The notes: generated by a model from the sequence alone, not told the origin. Counted from the first letter of the stretch, positions 1 through 10,883 are shown. The stretch is DNA of 64,000 nucleotides from an uncultured Chloroflexia bacterium (GCA_963822845.1 CAWGIY010000004.1:218850-282849), one strand, 5' to 3'. A program made the numbers and translations.

Positions 1-2053
1 GGCGGCGACGATGCCGTTGTTCGTCGGGCCGTTGTTGTCCTGGATCTCCTCGAGCGAGATGAGGTCCGGAGCCTGGAGGTTGTTGACGATCATCGTCGCC
101 AGCTGCTGGAACTTGGCGTCGGGATCGCCCGGGTCGAGATTTTCGACGTTGAACGTCGCCACGGCGAGCTCATCGGGGTCGTCGGCGGCCTGCGTGACCT
201 CGCGCGTGATCGCGCTGGGCACGCCTGCGGGCACGCTCGTCGCGAGGATGCCGAAGTTGCCGAAGTTGTAATCCACTGACCCGACGATGGCGCCTGGGAT
301 CGTCGCTCCGACGTCGAAGGCCGGCATCATCCCAGGGATCAGCAGATCGTCGACCTTGACCCGCCCGGGATTGAAGTCGGCCTCCTCGATGATGATGCCG
401 CCGCGTGTCGTTCGGGTGGTCTGCCCCGCGCCGCCATCTGGCAGCACGAAGATCTCGCCAAACCCGATCGTTCGGCCCGACGACGACCGCGTTGTTGACC
501 TGGGCGCGCATTCCCTCGAGCGACTCGAAGAAGTCGATCCCATCGGTCGACGCATCGAAGCTGCCGGAGGTCTCGACGCTCCCGGTTGCATCGTCGTCGA
601 TGACGGTGGTGGGCGCGACGCGCCCGCCGGCACCGATGACGGTCGCGCTGGGCAGAGGATTGCCCGTCGAAAGGGTCACGATCGTCGGCCCGGTCAGCTC
701 GGTCGTGGTGAGGTTCGCGTTCGTCGCGCCACCTGGGCGGAACTCCGCGACGTTGCCGTCGACCTGGATGTGGTCTCCGACCGAGACGGTGGGCGCCGTG
801 CTCGTGAAGACGAAGATTCCCTTCGGACGTGGCTGGATCGGCGTCGACGGTCGCGTCGGGCTCCTGGATCCAGAAGCCATTGGAGGCATTGGCCGTCACG
901 ACTCCGCTCGTGGTAACCGCTGTGCCGACCAGCGGCGAGAGGTGCGCGGCGCCCTGGATCGTGTGGATGCGGGTGGTGCCACTGTCGTCGTCGACGATGG
1001 TGCCGGTGCCCTGGCCGTCGCCGACGGTCGCCCCGGTGACGTTCGTGACGTTCACGAAGAAGGTCTCGTCGGGCTCGACGGTGGCGTCACCGTTGACCGT
1101 GACATCGAACGTGTAGGTGGAATTGCCGGCCGTAATCGCCTGGCTTGTCAGGCTCTTCGTCACGTAGTCGTTGTCGGCCGTCGTCGCCGAGTCGTCATCG
1201 GTGGCGATGTCGAACGTCACGCCGCCGGCGGGCGCCGCCGCCGAGAGGCTGACCGTGAAGCTGAACGTCGTCGTTCCGGCGTTGCCCTCGTTCGCCGAAA
1301 CGTCGTTGATCGAGAGTTCGGGAGTCACCGGCCCACCTTGTCGGGTCAGCGAGAAGTCATCGACAGCGAGGCCGTCATCCGAGCCGGGAACAAGGTCGGC
1401 GTCGACCCAGCGCAGCCAGAACGCGGCGCCCGAGGCAATCGACAGCCCAGTCACGCGTGGATGAGACCGACGTCTGGTTTGGCGCGACGTTGCCGTTCAA
1501 CGCGGCGGCGGCGACCCCGGTCGCAACGGGACTGGCGAAATCGAGCGGGTCGAACTCAGTCCAGGTGCCCGTTGTGAGCGATGTCGCATCGGTGGAGATC
1601 GCGACGTTCAGCCGGTCGGGCACGACCGGCAGTGACCTGACCCAGCCGCCACTGCTCGCCGATGTAGGCGATGTCGAGCGACGTGATCGTCGCACCCGTG
1701 TCGTTCGTGAACGAAGCGCCGATCCTCGCGACACGGACCCCGATAGCAGAGTCCCGAAAGCCGATCGATCGCCGCGGCCGCGCCGAAGCTGTAGGTGTCA
1801 CCAGCGGTGTCGGCAGCCGGTTCCCACGGTATCCGTTGTTGACGTTGGCGCCGGACTCGAAGTCACCGTTCGGCCGACATCTGGTCGTCCCCGTGCGCAG
1901 CGCTCGTCTGAGTAGGACCCCGATAGCCGTCAGCGACACCGATCCAGCGGCGCGGACGACCGGAGCGGCACCGATCGGCAGGAGCCCGGAGAGGACGAAC
2001 AGGGAGCCGATGACGGCGACCAACGAGCGGGGGGCACGGCGAGACGGGTGCAC
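1..2053 (-). pseudogene. ExeM/NucH-family extracellular endonuclease, disrupted by ~4 frameshifts; N-terminal signal peptide at 2053, C-terminus runs off window start
   Basis: Minus-strand pieces 1556..2053 (signal peptide MHPSRRAPRSLVAVIGSLFVLSGLL), 1375..1734, 339..1454 (…IQGAAHLSPLVGTAVTTSGVVTANASNGFWIQEPD…) and 170..889 (…NNAVVVGPND) join in different frames. Manual revcomp of 1..480 gives the EEP nuclease core ELAVATFNVENLDPGDPDAKFQQLATMIVNNLQAPDLISLEEIQDNNG. Frame breaks near 470, 810, 1430 and 1600. Confidence 0.5.
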
Positions 2054-2215
2054 GGGGCGGTGACCTCCTCCTGGCGCACAAGTGCCTGTGCGATCGGGCC
2101 ATGGTAGTCGCGAGTCCGCCTCGCAACCTCCCGAACCTCACCCAAGCGGCACGGGATCACAGCGTGGGCGTTGCACATGAGCAACGCGTTAACGCGCGGT
2201 CAATCCTCGGTCGCG

Positions 2216-2959
2216 CTAGCCGCCGAACAGCCGGCTGAAGAGGCTGCGCTTCGCCGGCTGCCGGACGTAGAACGGGGCGGCGGTGGCGTCGTACTCCTCC
2301 CGGAGCGACGGCGCGCGCAGGTCGGTGACCGCGAGAGCTCGCCGCGAGCCGAGGTGCTCGGTTGCGACGGCATGCAGGCGGTTGCGGACCGCGTCGAAGT
2401 CGCCGAGCACGGCATCGGGGCCGAGCTGGATGCCGGCGGTCCAGGCGTCGCCGGCGCGCAGCAGCCACGCACGCTCGACCTGGTGCAGATCCTCCAACGC
2501 GGCGCGCAGTGCGGACCCGAACGGCTCGGGCACGTCGTCGGGGACGGCGAGCGCCGGCACGCCGCCGACGGGCCGACGGGCGCGCATCGCGTCCGGCCGG
2601 TTCGGGTCGATCCCCGCGGCGAGGAACGGCAGGACGCCGACCGCGATCGCGAGCTCGGTCGGTGCCCCGGGGTCGACCACCACGCGCTCGTTTGCGGACT
2701 CTGCGCGCTCGAAGAGCTCGCGGGCGGGCAAGCGGACGTGGTCGCTGCCCGGTGGCCCGAACTGCTCCAGCACCTCGGGCGAGGAGAACGCGGCGATGAA
2801 CCGCTCGCCGGACTGGTCCACGCCGTGGCGGTACGCATCGGGGCCGACGCGCTCCGGGTCAGCGACAGCACCCGAGGAGGAGCGGATCGGCACGAGCAGC
2901 TCCGCATCGAGGAGAGCGTCGAGCCGTGGCGCCTCCGAGCCCGGCGGTGGCTCAGTCAT
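2216..2959 (-). CDS. SseB-family protein (enhanced serine sensitivity protein-like)
   Basis: 247-aa ORF. ATGA overlap with the gltX stop at 2956-2959. Recognised by composition and motifs (AAFSSPEVLEQ…LAVPDDVPEPF…RAWLLRAGD). Confidence 0.5.
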   Translation of the reverse strand: MTEPPPGSEAPRLDALLDAELLVPIRSSSGAVADPERVGPDAYRHGVDQSGERFIAAFSSPEVLEQFGPPGSDHVRLPARELFERAESANERVVVDPGAPTELAIAVGVLPFLAAGIDPNRPDAMRARRPVGGVPALAVPDDVPEPFGSALRAALEDLHQVERAWLLRAGDAWTAGIQLGPDAVLGDFDAVRNRLHAVATEHLGSRRALAVTDLRAPSLREEYDATAAPFYVRQPAKRSLFSRLFGG

Positions 2960-4437
2960 GCGGCGGAACCCGCGGCCAGCTTGGCCAGCGCCACATCGAC
3001 GCGGGCGAGGGACCGGTCCCGGCCAAGGAGCTCCAGCGACGCGAACAGCGGCGGCGAGACCGTTCGCCCGGTCACCGCGACCCGCAACGGCGAGAAGAAG
3101 TCGCCGGCCTTCATTCCGCTCGCATCGGCCGCCTCTCGGAAGCGCTGCTCGAGCAGGTCGGCGCTGAAGTCGGCGTCGAGCACGTCGGTGAGCACCGAGC
3201 GGGCACCCGACAGCGCCTCAGCGGCATCGGCCGGCCGGCCCTTCTTGGGGATCAGGAGCTCCGGTGCGTACCACGAGGCGACGACCTCGTCGGGCTCCCA
3301 GGCGAAGCCGAGCAGCTCCACCACGTCGCCGAGCTTCACGAGGCGCTCCTTCACCAGGGGCACCATGCGCAGCAGACCCTCATCGGCCACGGCGTCAGGG
3401 ATCCACGGGCGCAGGCGCAGCGCCAGCTGCTCATCGGTCAATGCGCGGATGTACACGCCGTTGAGATGGTCGAGGCGGTCGCGGTCGAAGATGGCGCCAC
3501 CCTTGTGGACCTTCGACAGCTCGAAGCGCTGTGCCAGCTCGTCGAGGCTGAAGATCTCCTCCTCGGTGCCCGGCGACCACCCCAGGAAGGCGATGAAGTT
3601 CACGAACGCCTCGGGCAGATAGCCCTCCTCGCGGTAGGCGGTGATCGACGTCTGCGACTTGCGCTTGCTCATCTTCGACCGGTCCGAATTGAGGATGAGC
3701 GGGATGTGGCCGAAGCGCGGCTCGCGATAGCCAAGGGCGCGGATGAGCGCGATGTGCTTCGGCGTGTTCGAAAGGTGATCCTCGCCTCGGATGACGTGGG
3801 TGATCTCCATCGCCTCGTCGTCGACCACGACCACGAAGTGGTAGAGCGGCACGCCGTCGGTGCGGACGATCACGAAGTCGCCCAGCAGGGCGTTGTCGAA
3901 CTCGACCTCGCCGCGCACGAGGTCGTCGAAGCGCACCCTCTCCGGCTCGACCCTGAAGCGAATGACCGATGCCCGACCCTCCGCCTCGAAGGTGGCCCGG
4001 TCCGCATCGGTCAGGTTCAAGCAGCGCCCGTTGTAGCGCGGCGGCTGCTTGTCCGTTTCCTGCTGACGGCGAACCGCCTCGAGCTCCTCCGGGGTGCACC
4101 AGCACCGATACGCCGCGCCCGACTCCAACAGCCGATCCGCCTCGCGCGCGTAGAGCTCCATGCGCTGGCTCTGGCGGTAGGGCGCATGCGGACCGATATC
4201 CTCGCCGCCGGCCACCTGCGGCCCCTCGTCCCACGTGATCCCCAGCCAGTGCAGGTTGTCGATGATGTCGCGCTCGAAATCCTCGGTGCTGCGCGCGACA
4301 TCGGTGTCCTCGATGCGCAGGACGTACGTGCCGCCCTGGTGGCGCGCGGTCAGGTAGTTGTAGAGGCTCGTGCGCGCGGTTCCGATGTGCAGCGGCCCGG
4401 TTGGGCTGGGCGCCATCCGCACCCGCATCGCGGTCTC
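2956..4437 (-). CDS. gltX: glutamate--tRNA ligase
   Basis: ORF 2956..4467. HIGH-type motif APSPTGPLHIGTARTSLYNYL, KMSKRK (KMSKS) loop, and a C-terminal anticodon-binding region. The probable true start is the internal Met at 4428/4437 (MRVRMAPSPTG), not 4467. Confidence 0.93.
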   Translation of the reverse strand, partial: ETAMRVRMAPSPTGPLHIGTARTSLYNYLTARHQGGTYVLRIEDTDVARSTEDFERDIIDNLHWLGITWDEGPQVAGGEDIGPHAPYRQSQRMELYAREADRLLESGAAYRCWCTPEELEAVRRQQETDKQPPRYNGRCLNLTDADRATFEAEGRASVIRFRVEPERVRFDDLVRGEVEFDNALLGDFVIVRTDGVPLYHFVVVVDDEAMEITHVIRGEDHLSNTPKHIALIRALGYREPRFGHIPLILNSDRSKMSKRKSQTSITAYREEGYLPEAFVNFIAFLGWSPGTEEEIFSLDELAQRFELSKVHKGGAIFDRDRLDHLNGVYIRALTDEQLALRLRPWIPDAVADEGLLRMVPLVKERLVKLGDVVELLGFAWEPDEVVASWYAPELLIPKKGRPADAAEALSGARSVLTDVLDADFSADLLEQRFREAADASGMKAGDFFSPLRVAVTGRTVSPPLFASLELLGRDRSLARVDVALAKLAAGSAA

Positions 4438-4463
4438 CATGCGACCGATGCTAGCAGCGGCCC

Positions 4464-5147
4464 TCAATCTCGCAGCAGGTCCTCGACGACCAGGGCGATC
4501 GCATCGGTCCAGCGGCGGTACTGCTCGCCCGATGGGTGGAGGCCGTCGCCGGCGACGAGTCCCGGCTCGTCGGCTGCCTCGAGGCTGATGGCGTACGGCT
4601 CCGAGACGAAGGCGATCCCGTGGTCCTCGCAGACGGCGCGCAGCGTCGTGTTGGCCCGCTCGATGCCCGCTGCCCGCTGCTCCGGATCGCCGAACGCGGC
4701 GCCCTGCGGGGTCTTCGTGTAGTCCGGCGTCGCCACGCAGACGATCCGGTCGGCTGGCAGGCGCTCCAGCAGCGTCTCGACGATGCGGCGCACGTTCGCC
4801 GCGTACTGCTCCTCCGGCACGCCCTGCACGACGTCGTTGACACCGATGAGGAGGGTCACGAGCTCGGGTTCGTGCCGCTCGAGCGCAGGCAGCTCGTGCG
4901 CGATGAGATCGCCGGAGGTGAAGCCGTTCACGCCGAGGTTGGCGACGAGCTCGAGGCCAGGGACCCGCTCGACGAGCTGGTTTGGCCAGCGTTCCGCTTC
5001 GTCGACGCCGGTCCCGATCGTGTACGAGTCGCCAAGGGCAACGTAGCGCACGCCCGCGTCCTCCTCGACCTCCTCGGCTCCGCCGTTGCAGCCAGCCAGG
5101 GCCGTGACGACCAACGCGCCACCGATGAGCGTTCCGCGGAGAGCCAT
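4464..5147 (-). CDS. SGNH/GDSL-family hydrolase, lipoprotein
   Basis: The ORF 4464..5378 carries an Arg-rich artefactual N-terminus. The real start is MALRGTLIGGALVVTALAGC (lipobox LAGC). GDSYT(I)G and GVNDV motifs are present. Its stop overlaps the upstream end of the gltX ORF (ATGA). Confidence 0.8.
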   Translation of the reverse strand: MALRGTLIGGALVVTALAGCNGGAEEVEEDAGVRYVALGDSYTIGTGVDEAERWPNQLVERVPGLELVANLGVNGFTSGDLIAHELPALERHEPELVTLLIGVNDVVQGVPEEQYAANVRRIVETLLERLPADRIVCVATPDYTKTPQGAAFGDPEQRAAGIERANTTLRAVCEDHGIAFVSEPYAISLEAADEPGLVAGDGLHPSGEQYRRWTDAIALVVEDLLRD

Positions 5148-5168
5148 GCGGCCGATTACCCTACACCG

Positions 5169-6179
5169 ATGCTCCGCGCCGTCGCCCTGATCCTGGTCCT
5201 GGCGGCCTGCGCGTCGCCGGCGCCATCGGCGGCGCCGTCCGAGCCCGCCACGGGAACGGTCGAGCCGCAGCCCGCCGCGAGCACGGCGCCACTGACGCCG
5301 TCGGCAACCGCGGCGACAGCATGGGAGGTGCTGGACGACGCGCCGTTCGCACGTCTCGAGATGGCGGTCGCCGTGCACGATGGGCTCATCTGGCTGGCCG
5401 GCGGGTACTCACCGCTCGGCGAGGCTCTCACCGACGTCGAGATCTTCGACCCGGCCACGGGCGAGTGGTCCGAGGGCCCGTCGCTGCCGACCGGGGTCCA
5501 TCACGCGGCGCTCGTGTCGGACGGTGAGCGGCTGATCCTCATCGGTGGCTACATCGGCGCCGACTTCAGCCTGCCAACCGACATCGTGCTGGTGCTGACC
5601 GACGGAGCAGACGAGTGGGTCGCCGGCCCGTCACTGCCCGGCCCGCGTGCGGCCGGCGCTGCCGCATTCGACGGCACGCGCGTCGTGTACGCCGGGGGCT
5701 TCTCTCCCGATGACATCCACTCCGACGTCTTCGCGCTGGTTGGCGACACGTGGGAGCAGGTCGGGAACATGGCAAGCTCGCGCGATCACCTCGCGGCGAC
5801 GTCGGACGGCGAGGGAACCGTCTGGCTGATGGGCGGCCGAGTTGGCGGGCTCACGTCGAATCTTGCCGATGTCGTGACCGTCATCGGCGCCGAGATCGAG
5901 CACGTCACCGAGCTGCCGACCCCGCGCGGGGGCGTCGCCGCATTCCATGCCGACGAATACGGCGCATGCCTGACCGGAGGCGAGGCCCCGGACCAGGCCT
6001 ACACCACCGTCGAGTGCGTCGGAGACGACGGCGCGGTCACCTCGTTGCCGTCGCTCAACGAGCCGCACCACGGTCACGGCGCGGCCGTCGTGGACGGGAT
6101 CGTCTACGTCCTGCTCGGCGGACCGGAACCGACGCTGAGCGCCGGCTCGACCGTCGAGGCGTTCACCCTCAGACCGTGA
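5169..6179 (+). CDS. Kelch-repeat lipoprotein
   Basis: Internal start MLRAVALILVLAACASP (lipobox) in ORF 4536..6179; the upstream part of that ORF is antisense to the SGNH gene. Repeated W/GG/Y Kelch blades (LIWLAGGY, LILIGGY, VVYAGGF, VWLMGG). Confidence 0.75.
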   Translation: MLRAVALILVLAACASPAPSAAPSEPATGTVEPQPAASTAPLTPSATAATAWEVLDDAPFARLEMAVAVHDGLIWLAGGYSPLGEALTDVEIFDPATGEWSEGPSLPTGVHHAALVSDGERLILIGGYIGADFSLPTDIVLVLTDGADEWVAGPSLPGPRAAGAAAFDGTRVVYAGGFSPDDIHSDVFALVGDTWEQVGNMASSRDHLAATSDGEGTVWLMGGRVGGLTSNLADVVTVIGAEIEHVTELPTPRGGVAAFHADEYGACLTGGEAPDQAYTTVECVGDDGAVTSLPSLNEPHHGHGAAVVDGIVYVLLGGPEPTLSAGSTVEAFTLRP

Positions 6180-6186
6180 CGCGCCC

Positions 6187-6921
6187 ATGTTCCTGACCGG
6201 CACGATCCTCAACGTCATCACCGTGCTGCTCGGCACGGTGATCGGCGTGCTCATCGGCAGCCGCATGCCGCCACGAATCCAGGGCACCCTGACCGACGGG
6301 CTCGGCCTCTTCACGCTCGTGCTCGGGGTTGCCATGGGCCTGCGCGTCCTCACGGATCCGGCCGCGCTGCCCGGCGACGAGCTGGCCGTCCTCGCGGCGA
6401 TCCTGGCCGGCGGCGCCATCGGTGAGCTGATGCGACTCCAGGACGGATTGGAGGGACTTGGCGGCTGGTTCCAGCGGCGGCTGTCTCGTGACGGCGAGCC
6501 GAGCCGGATCGCCGAAGCGTTCATCACGGCATCGCTCGTCTTCTGCGTCGGCCCGCTCACGATCCTCGGCTCGATCGAGAACGGCCTGACCGGGGACATC
6601 CGCCTCCTGGCCGTGAAGTCGCTGCTCGACGGGGTTGCCAGCGTTGCCTTTGCCGCCGCCCTCGGCTGGGGCGTGGCGCTGTCGGCGATCACCGTGCTCG
6701 TCGTGCAGGGCGCCATCGCCGGTGGCGCCTTCCTCCTCCGCGACGTGATGGACGAGCGCACGATCCTGGTCGTGAGCGCGGCGGGCGGCATCATCCTGCT
6801 TGGCGTCGGGCTGCGGCTCCTCGACCTGCGTCAGGTCCGCGTCGCCAGCTTCCTACCGGCATTGATCCTGGCGCCGCTGTTCCTTCGCCTGGCCGATGCG
6901 GTCCGGGGCGCTCTGACCTGA
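6187..6921 (+). CDS. DUF554-family membrane protein
   Basis: 244 aa, polytopic and hydrophobic. The N-terminus MFLTGTILNVITVLLGTVIGVLIG is typical of the YdfK/DUF554 family. Confidence 0.75.
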   Translation: MFLTGTILNVITVLLGTVIGVLIGSRMPPRIQGTLTDGLGLFTLVLGVAMGLRVLTDPAALPGDELAVLAAILAGGAIGELMRLQDGLEGLGGWFQRRLSRDGEPSRIAEAFITASLVFCVGPLTILGSIENGLTGDIRLLAVKSLLDGVASVAFAAALGWGVALSAITVLVVQGAIAGGAFLLRDVMDERTILVVSAAGGIILLGVGLRLLDLRQVRVASFLPALILAPLFLRLADAVRGALT

Positions 6922-6976
6922 GTCGCGAGCCTTCCTCGGCGCGTAGCGCAGCCCGCGAACGGTGGCCTGTCCGCGC

Positions 6977-8062
6977 TCAGCTCAGCCTGAAGACGGCGCG
7001 GACGTCCCCCGAACGACCGCCGCGCGGATCGACGATGGGCGGCGCGGCGTAGTCGACCAGCGGGCCGGCGAGCGGATCGGTCACGAGACCGAGCTGTCGG
7101 AGGATGGCGATGCTCGCAGCGTCGCCGGCGCGCCGGGCGAGGTTGCCATCCTCGATCTTGGCGGCGATCCCCATCGGTCCATCACCGAAGACGGCGCTGG
7201 GGGGTAGGGCGCCCGGAGGCAGGGCCATGGCCTGCATGCCTTCCGCGCCGCCCTTGGAGACGATGCGCTTCGGGAAGGCGCGCATGATCGCGGTGTCGAT
7301 GCGACGCCGCTCGCCGGCGACGAGCTCGGGGTGCTCCATCATCGCGTCGCGGATCCGGGTCAGCGCTGAGCGCAGCGGCGGGTCGGCGACCGCCGACGGA
7401 TCGGCGAGACGGGCGTATGCCGTCGCCATGCCGCGCAGCGGCATCCCGAAGCAGACGACGCCACAGCCGTCGGTGGCCGTGGCGATCTCCTCGATCGGCA
7501 CGTCGGACAGCGCGGAGAGCGTCTCGAGCGCGAGGCGCTGGACGGGGTGGTCGGGATGCCAGTACGTATCGAGCGGCCAGCCCGAGGCCTTCGCGAACAG
7601 CACCATCCCGGCGTGCTTGCCCGAGCAGTTGCCACGCAGGGCGGTCGGCTTCTCGCCGTCACGGAGCAGGCGCTGCGCGGTCTCGGTGTCGTACGGCGCG
7701 TGGACCTGGTTCTGGAGGACGGCGCTCGTCAGGCCGCCACGTCGCAGGGTCTCCTGGACGAGCCGCACGTGGCGATCCTCGCCGGAATGGCTGGCGGCCA
7801 TGATCGCCAGCGCATCGGTCCCGAAGCCGTACTCGTCGAAGCGCCCGGATGCCACGAACGGCGCCAGCTGGAAGGGTTTGGCGCTTGACCGGGTGAAGGC
7901 GAACTGGTCGGGATCTCCGACCGATGCGACCGCGGACCCGTCAGGCGCGACGACCGCGACCGATCCGCGATGGACCGACTCGACGCGGCTGCCGCGCGTG
8001 ACCTCGACCAGCGCCGGCGGAGCCGAGGCCGACCGACGCGCCGATCGGCCGGTGGCAGGCAC
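6977..8062 (-). CDS. L-asparaginase II family protein
   Basis: 361 aa. The N-terminus [23 protein letters not shown] and the core (…[10 protein letters not shown]…ATDGCGV…) match the Asparaginase_II family. Confidence 0.8.
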   Translation of the reverse strand: MPATGRSARRSASAPPALVEVTRGSRVESVHRGSVAVVAPDGSAVASVGDPDQFAFTRSSAKPFQLAPFVASGRFDEYGFGTDALAIMAASHSGEDRHVRLVQETLRRGGLTSAVLQNQVHAPYDTETAQRLLRDGEKPTALRGNCSGKHAGMVLFAKASGWPLDTYWHPDHPVQRLALETLSALSDVPIEEIATATDGCGVVCFGMPLRGMATAYARLADPSAVADPPLRSALTRIRDAMMEHPELVAGERRRIDTAIMRAFPKRIVSKGGAEGMQAMALPPGALPPSAVFGDGPMGIAAKIEDGNLARRAGDAASIAILRQLGLVTDPLAGPLVDYAAPPIVDPRGGRSGDVRAVFRLS

Positions 8063-8083
8063 CGCGGCCGGGATGCTCGGCGG

Positions 8084-8719
8084 CTACCCGCCGGTGCTCT
8101 GTCCGGCCGGCTGGCCCTCGCGCTGCTCGGCGGGCTGGGCCTCCGGCTGGCGATCGCCCTTGCTGAAGATGCTGCCGCCACCGCCTCCGGCGTTGCCACC
8201 CGAGCGGGCGGGCTGCTGCTGCGGCGACGGCGTGGGGGTAGTCGCAGTCGGTCGGGCGCCGGGCTCGCGGGTCATCGTGACGCCGCCCTCCCAGTGCGCG
8301 CCTTCCTTGACCACCAGCACCTGCGTCTTGATGCTGCCCTTGACGCGACCGGTGGAGCCGATCTCGAAGCGTCCACCGCAGTCGACGTCGCCCTCGTAGT
8401 CGCCGTTGACGATCACGTTGTGGGCCTTGATCGCGCTGCGGACACGTGCCTGCGGGCTGATGATCAGCGTTCCCTGGCACTCGATCTCGCCCTGCGCCTC
8501 GCCCTCGATGCGCAGGTCGCGGTCACTGACGTACTTACCGTTGAATCGCGCGTGCGGATCAATCACCGACTCGTTGCCGCGGTCCCCGCCGCGCGGGAAT
8601 TCGGTCGCTGGCTGTGCCACGTCTACCTCACTCGTCAGGCTATCCGGATACAGGTTCCCGACGACGTCCTCGCGCGAGAGGCTGTCCGGCTTGGTTTCTC
8701 GTTTCGATCCGAAGACCAT
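8084..8719 (-). CDS. bactofilin-family cytoskeletal protein
   Basis: 211 aa. The central beta-helix repeat pattern ([64 protein letters not shown]) is followed by a Pro/Gln/Gly-rich low-complexity tail. Confidence 0.8.
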   Translation of the reverse strand: MVFGSKRETKPDSLSREDVVGNLYPDSLTSEVDVAQPATEFPRGGDRGNESVIDPHARFNGKYVSDRDLRIEGEAQGEIECQGTLIISPQARVRSAIKAHNVIVNGDYEGDVDCGGRFEIGSTGRVKGSIKTQVLVVKEGAHWEGGVTMTREPGARPTATTPTPSPQQQPARSGGNAGGGGGSIFSKGDRQPEAQPAEQREGQPAGQSTGG

Positions 8720-8887
8720 GCGCTCCTAACCTCCTCAAGTACGGATCAGGCGACGGGCTGGGCACGGTCCGTGCGCAAGAACTGCGTTCAGGGACAGATA
8801 GCCTACCAGCACGACGCCAGAGGAGGTAGTTCCGGCTTTGGGCCTCGCATTCCGCGTACCAGCCAGAATCACCTAGAATCGGCCGCG

Positions 8888-9595
8888 ATGCCGGTCAAGG
8901 TCAGCCACCACCCGCTGGTCGCACACAAGCTCGCGATCCTGCGCGACCGGACGACCGAGCCCAAGCGCTTCCGTGAGCTCGTTCGTGAGCTGACCTGGCT
9001 GCTCGGCTACGAGGCAATGGCCGACCTCGCCACCCGCGAGCTGACGGTCGAGACGCCGCTCGAGCCCACGACCGGCGCCGAGGTCGAGCCGCGAATCGGG
9101 CTGGTGCCCGTGCTCCGGGCCGGACTGGGAATGGTCGACGCGATGCTCGAGCTGATCCCGACCGCCGAGGTGTGGCATATCGGCCTCTACCGCGACGAGC
9201 GAACCCTGAAGCCGGTCGAGTACTACAACAAGCTGCCCGACGCGGCGACCGTCCAGCTGTGCCTGATCCTTGATCCGATGCTGGCGACCGGCGGCTCGGC
9301 GGCCGCCACGGTCGACATCCTCAAGACCTGGGGCGCGGCGCGGGTCAAGCAGGTGTCGCTGATCGGCGCACCGGAGGGCGTCGCCACACTGGAGGGCGCG
9401 CACCCTGACGTCGACATTCACCTGGCGGCACTCGACACGCACCTCAACGAGCGCGGGTACATCGTCCCGGGCCTCGGGGACGCTGGTGACCGCCAGTTCG
9501 GCACCTTCGCCGGCCCTGCCTCGGAGCCCGGTCACGGGCCGTCAGACGAGACCGCGGAGGTCGTCCGCCGCCTGCAGCGTGACCTGCGGGAATGA
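8888..9595 (+). CDS. upp: uracil phosphoribosyltransferase
   Basis: ATG at 8888 in the frame of ORF 7970..9595, preceded by tagaatcggccgcg. Full-length UPRT: [32 protein letters not shown]. Confidence 0.9.
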   Translation: MPVKVSHHPLVAHKLAILRDRTTEPKRFRELVRELTWLLGYEAMADLATRELTVETPLEPTTGAEVEPRIGLVPVLRAGLGMVDAMLELIPTAEVWHIGLYRDERTLKPVEYYNKLPDAATVQLCLILDPMLATGGSAAATVDILKTWGAARVKQVSLIGAPEGVATLEGAHPDVDIHLAALDTHLNERGYIVPGLGDAGDRQFGTFAGPASEPGHGPSDETAEVVRRLQRDLRE

Positions 9596-9606
9596 GGACG
9601 CGAAAT

Positions 9607-9672
9607 GTCCCGAAGGAACCGCCGCCGGACCGTTGATGCAATCTCCGGTGCCGTTGGCTGCCCCTTCGGGAC
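9607..9672 (+). terminator. nested GC-rich stem-loop downstream of upp (terminator-like, or leader structure for arsC)
   Basis: gtcccgaagg (9607-9616) pairs with ccttcgggac (9663-9672), enclosing an inner CCGGA…TCCGG hairpin. No U-tract. Confidence 0.35.
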
Positions 9673-9823
9673 GACCAAAGAATAGGCAGCGCCAGGAAGA
9701 CGCGGCAATCCCCCTTGTCCACGAGCTTGGAGCGGCCCCGCGGAGTTATCCACAGGTTATGCACATCGGTGGACATTGACCGGCCTTGACACTGCCTTGA
9801 TCCGACGCTCGTACGATGGCGGC

Positions 9824-10300
9824 ATGCAAATGGCCGACGAGAGCCCGACCCGCGTCCTCTTCGTCTGCACCCACAACAGCGCACGGAGCCAGATGGCCGA
9901 GGGCATGGTCCGCGCCTGGGGTGGCGACCGCTTCGAGGCCTTCAGCGCCGGCACCGAGGCGACCCGGGTTCGACCCGAGGCGATCGAGGTCATGCGCGAG
10001 ATCGGCATCGACATCAGTGGACACAGCAGCAAGACGATCCTGCCGTTCATCGGCGAATCGTTCGGCTGGGTCATCACGGTATGCGACGCGGCGAAGGAGA
10101 CGTGCCCGGTCATCCCCGGAGCAGGGCAGCAGGCGCACTGGAGCATCGACGATCCGTCGGCGATCGAGGGCAGCGAGGAACAGCGCCTCGAGGCGTTTCG
10201 TGAGGCTCGCGACGTCATCCGCGACCGGGTCCACATCTTCCTGCTGGCTGCCGGACGCCAGGACCTGCCGCAGCCCGAGCCGACCCGCATCGGCGGCTGA
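9824..10300 (+). CDS. arsC: arsenate reductase / low-molecular-weight protein-tyrosine phosphatase family (ArsC, thioredoxin-coupled type)
   Basis: The ORF 9776..10300 includes the P-loop VLFVCTHNSARSQMAEG (CX5R). The likely start is MQMADE at 9824/9830. Confidence 0.8.
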   Translation: MQMADESPTRVLFVCTHNSARSQMAEGMVRAWGGDRFEAFSAGTEATRVRPEAIEVMREIGIDISGHSSKTILPFIGESFGWVITVCDAAKETCPVIPGAGQQAHWSIDDPSAIEGSEEQRLEAFREARDVIRDRVHIFLLAAGRQDLPQPEPTRIGG

Positions 10301-10327
10301 GCACGCCTCGGCTGCTACGCTCGCCGG

Positions 10328-10834
10328 GTGACACGAGCCGTCCCGGCCTGCCCCCGCTGTGCCACCGCCGACGAGCAGCCGCTGACCTGTGACCGATGTG
10401 GATGGCGCTGGTATTCGAACCCGAAGCCGGCGGCTGCGGTGCTCCTCGAACGCCGGGCCGATGGCGCGGCGGAGCCATCGGTCCTGCTCCTGAAGCGGGC
10501 GGTCGAGCCCGGATTCGGCGAGTGGGACCTGCCCGCGGGCTACCTCGACCCCGGCGAGTCGTTCGAGATGGCCGCCCGGCGCGAGACGCTCGAGGAGTCG
10601 GGCATCGACGTCGAGCTGGTGCAGCTGGCCGGCGTCTACCACTCGCCGCCCGCCAACGCGGTGACCGCCGTCTTCCGGGGGCGGGCCGTCGACGCGAGCA
10701 CACCGGTCCGGATCGATGCCGAGTCCAGCGAGCACGCCTGGGTGGCACGATCCGAGGTCGCGAGCTGGCTGCCGCGCATGGCGTTCGCCTCGATGGCGAG
10801 CGCCCTCGCCGACTGGAGCGGCCGCGCGGACTGA
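10328..10834 (+). CDS. NUDIX hydrolase with N-terminal zinc ribbon
   Basis: CPRC…CDRC zinc ribbon followed by a Nudix box ([29 protein letters not shown]). Confidence 0.8.
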   Translation: MTRAVPACPRCATADEQPLTCDRCGWRWYSNPKPAAAVLLERRADGAAEPSVLLLKRAVEPGFGEWDLPAGYLDPGESFEMAARRETLEESGIDVELVQLAGVYHSPPANAVTAVFRGRAVDASTPVRIDAESSEHAWVARSEVASWLPRMAFASMASALADWSGRAD

Positions 10835-10883
10835 CCTCGACGCTGCGCTACACTCGATTGCGATCCCTCACGACAGGAGACCG

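Noticed and set aside
2168-2187. GCGTTGC-acatga-GCAACGC inverted repeat between the SseB-like 3' end and the nuclease start
   Set aside because: A short 7-bp stem in GC-rich DNA. Plausibly a weak terminator for the SseB-family gene, and not distinctive enough to call.
2171-3622. 483-aa + strand ORF (and 2926..4722, 598 aa)
   Set aside because: Antisense to the clearly real gltX/SseB genes. Arg/Ala-rich composition typical of wrong-frame ORFs in >70% GC DNA. No motifs.
9746-9765. Tandem DnaA boxes as a chromosomal origin (oriC)
   Set aside because: No dnaA/dnaN/gyrB, no AT-rich DUE and only two boxes. It is more likely a regulatory or chance occurrence, and is kept only as a low-interest finding.
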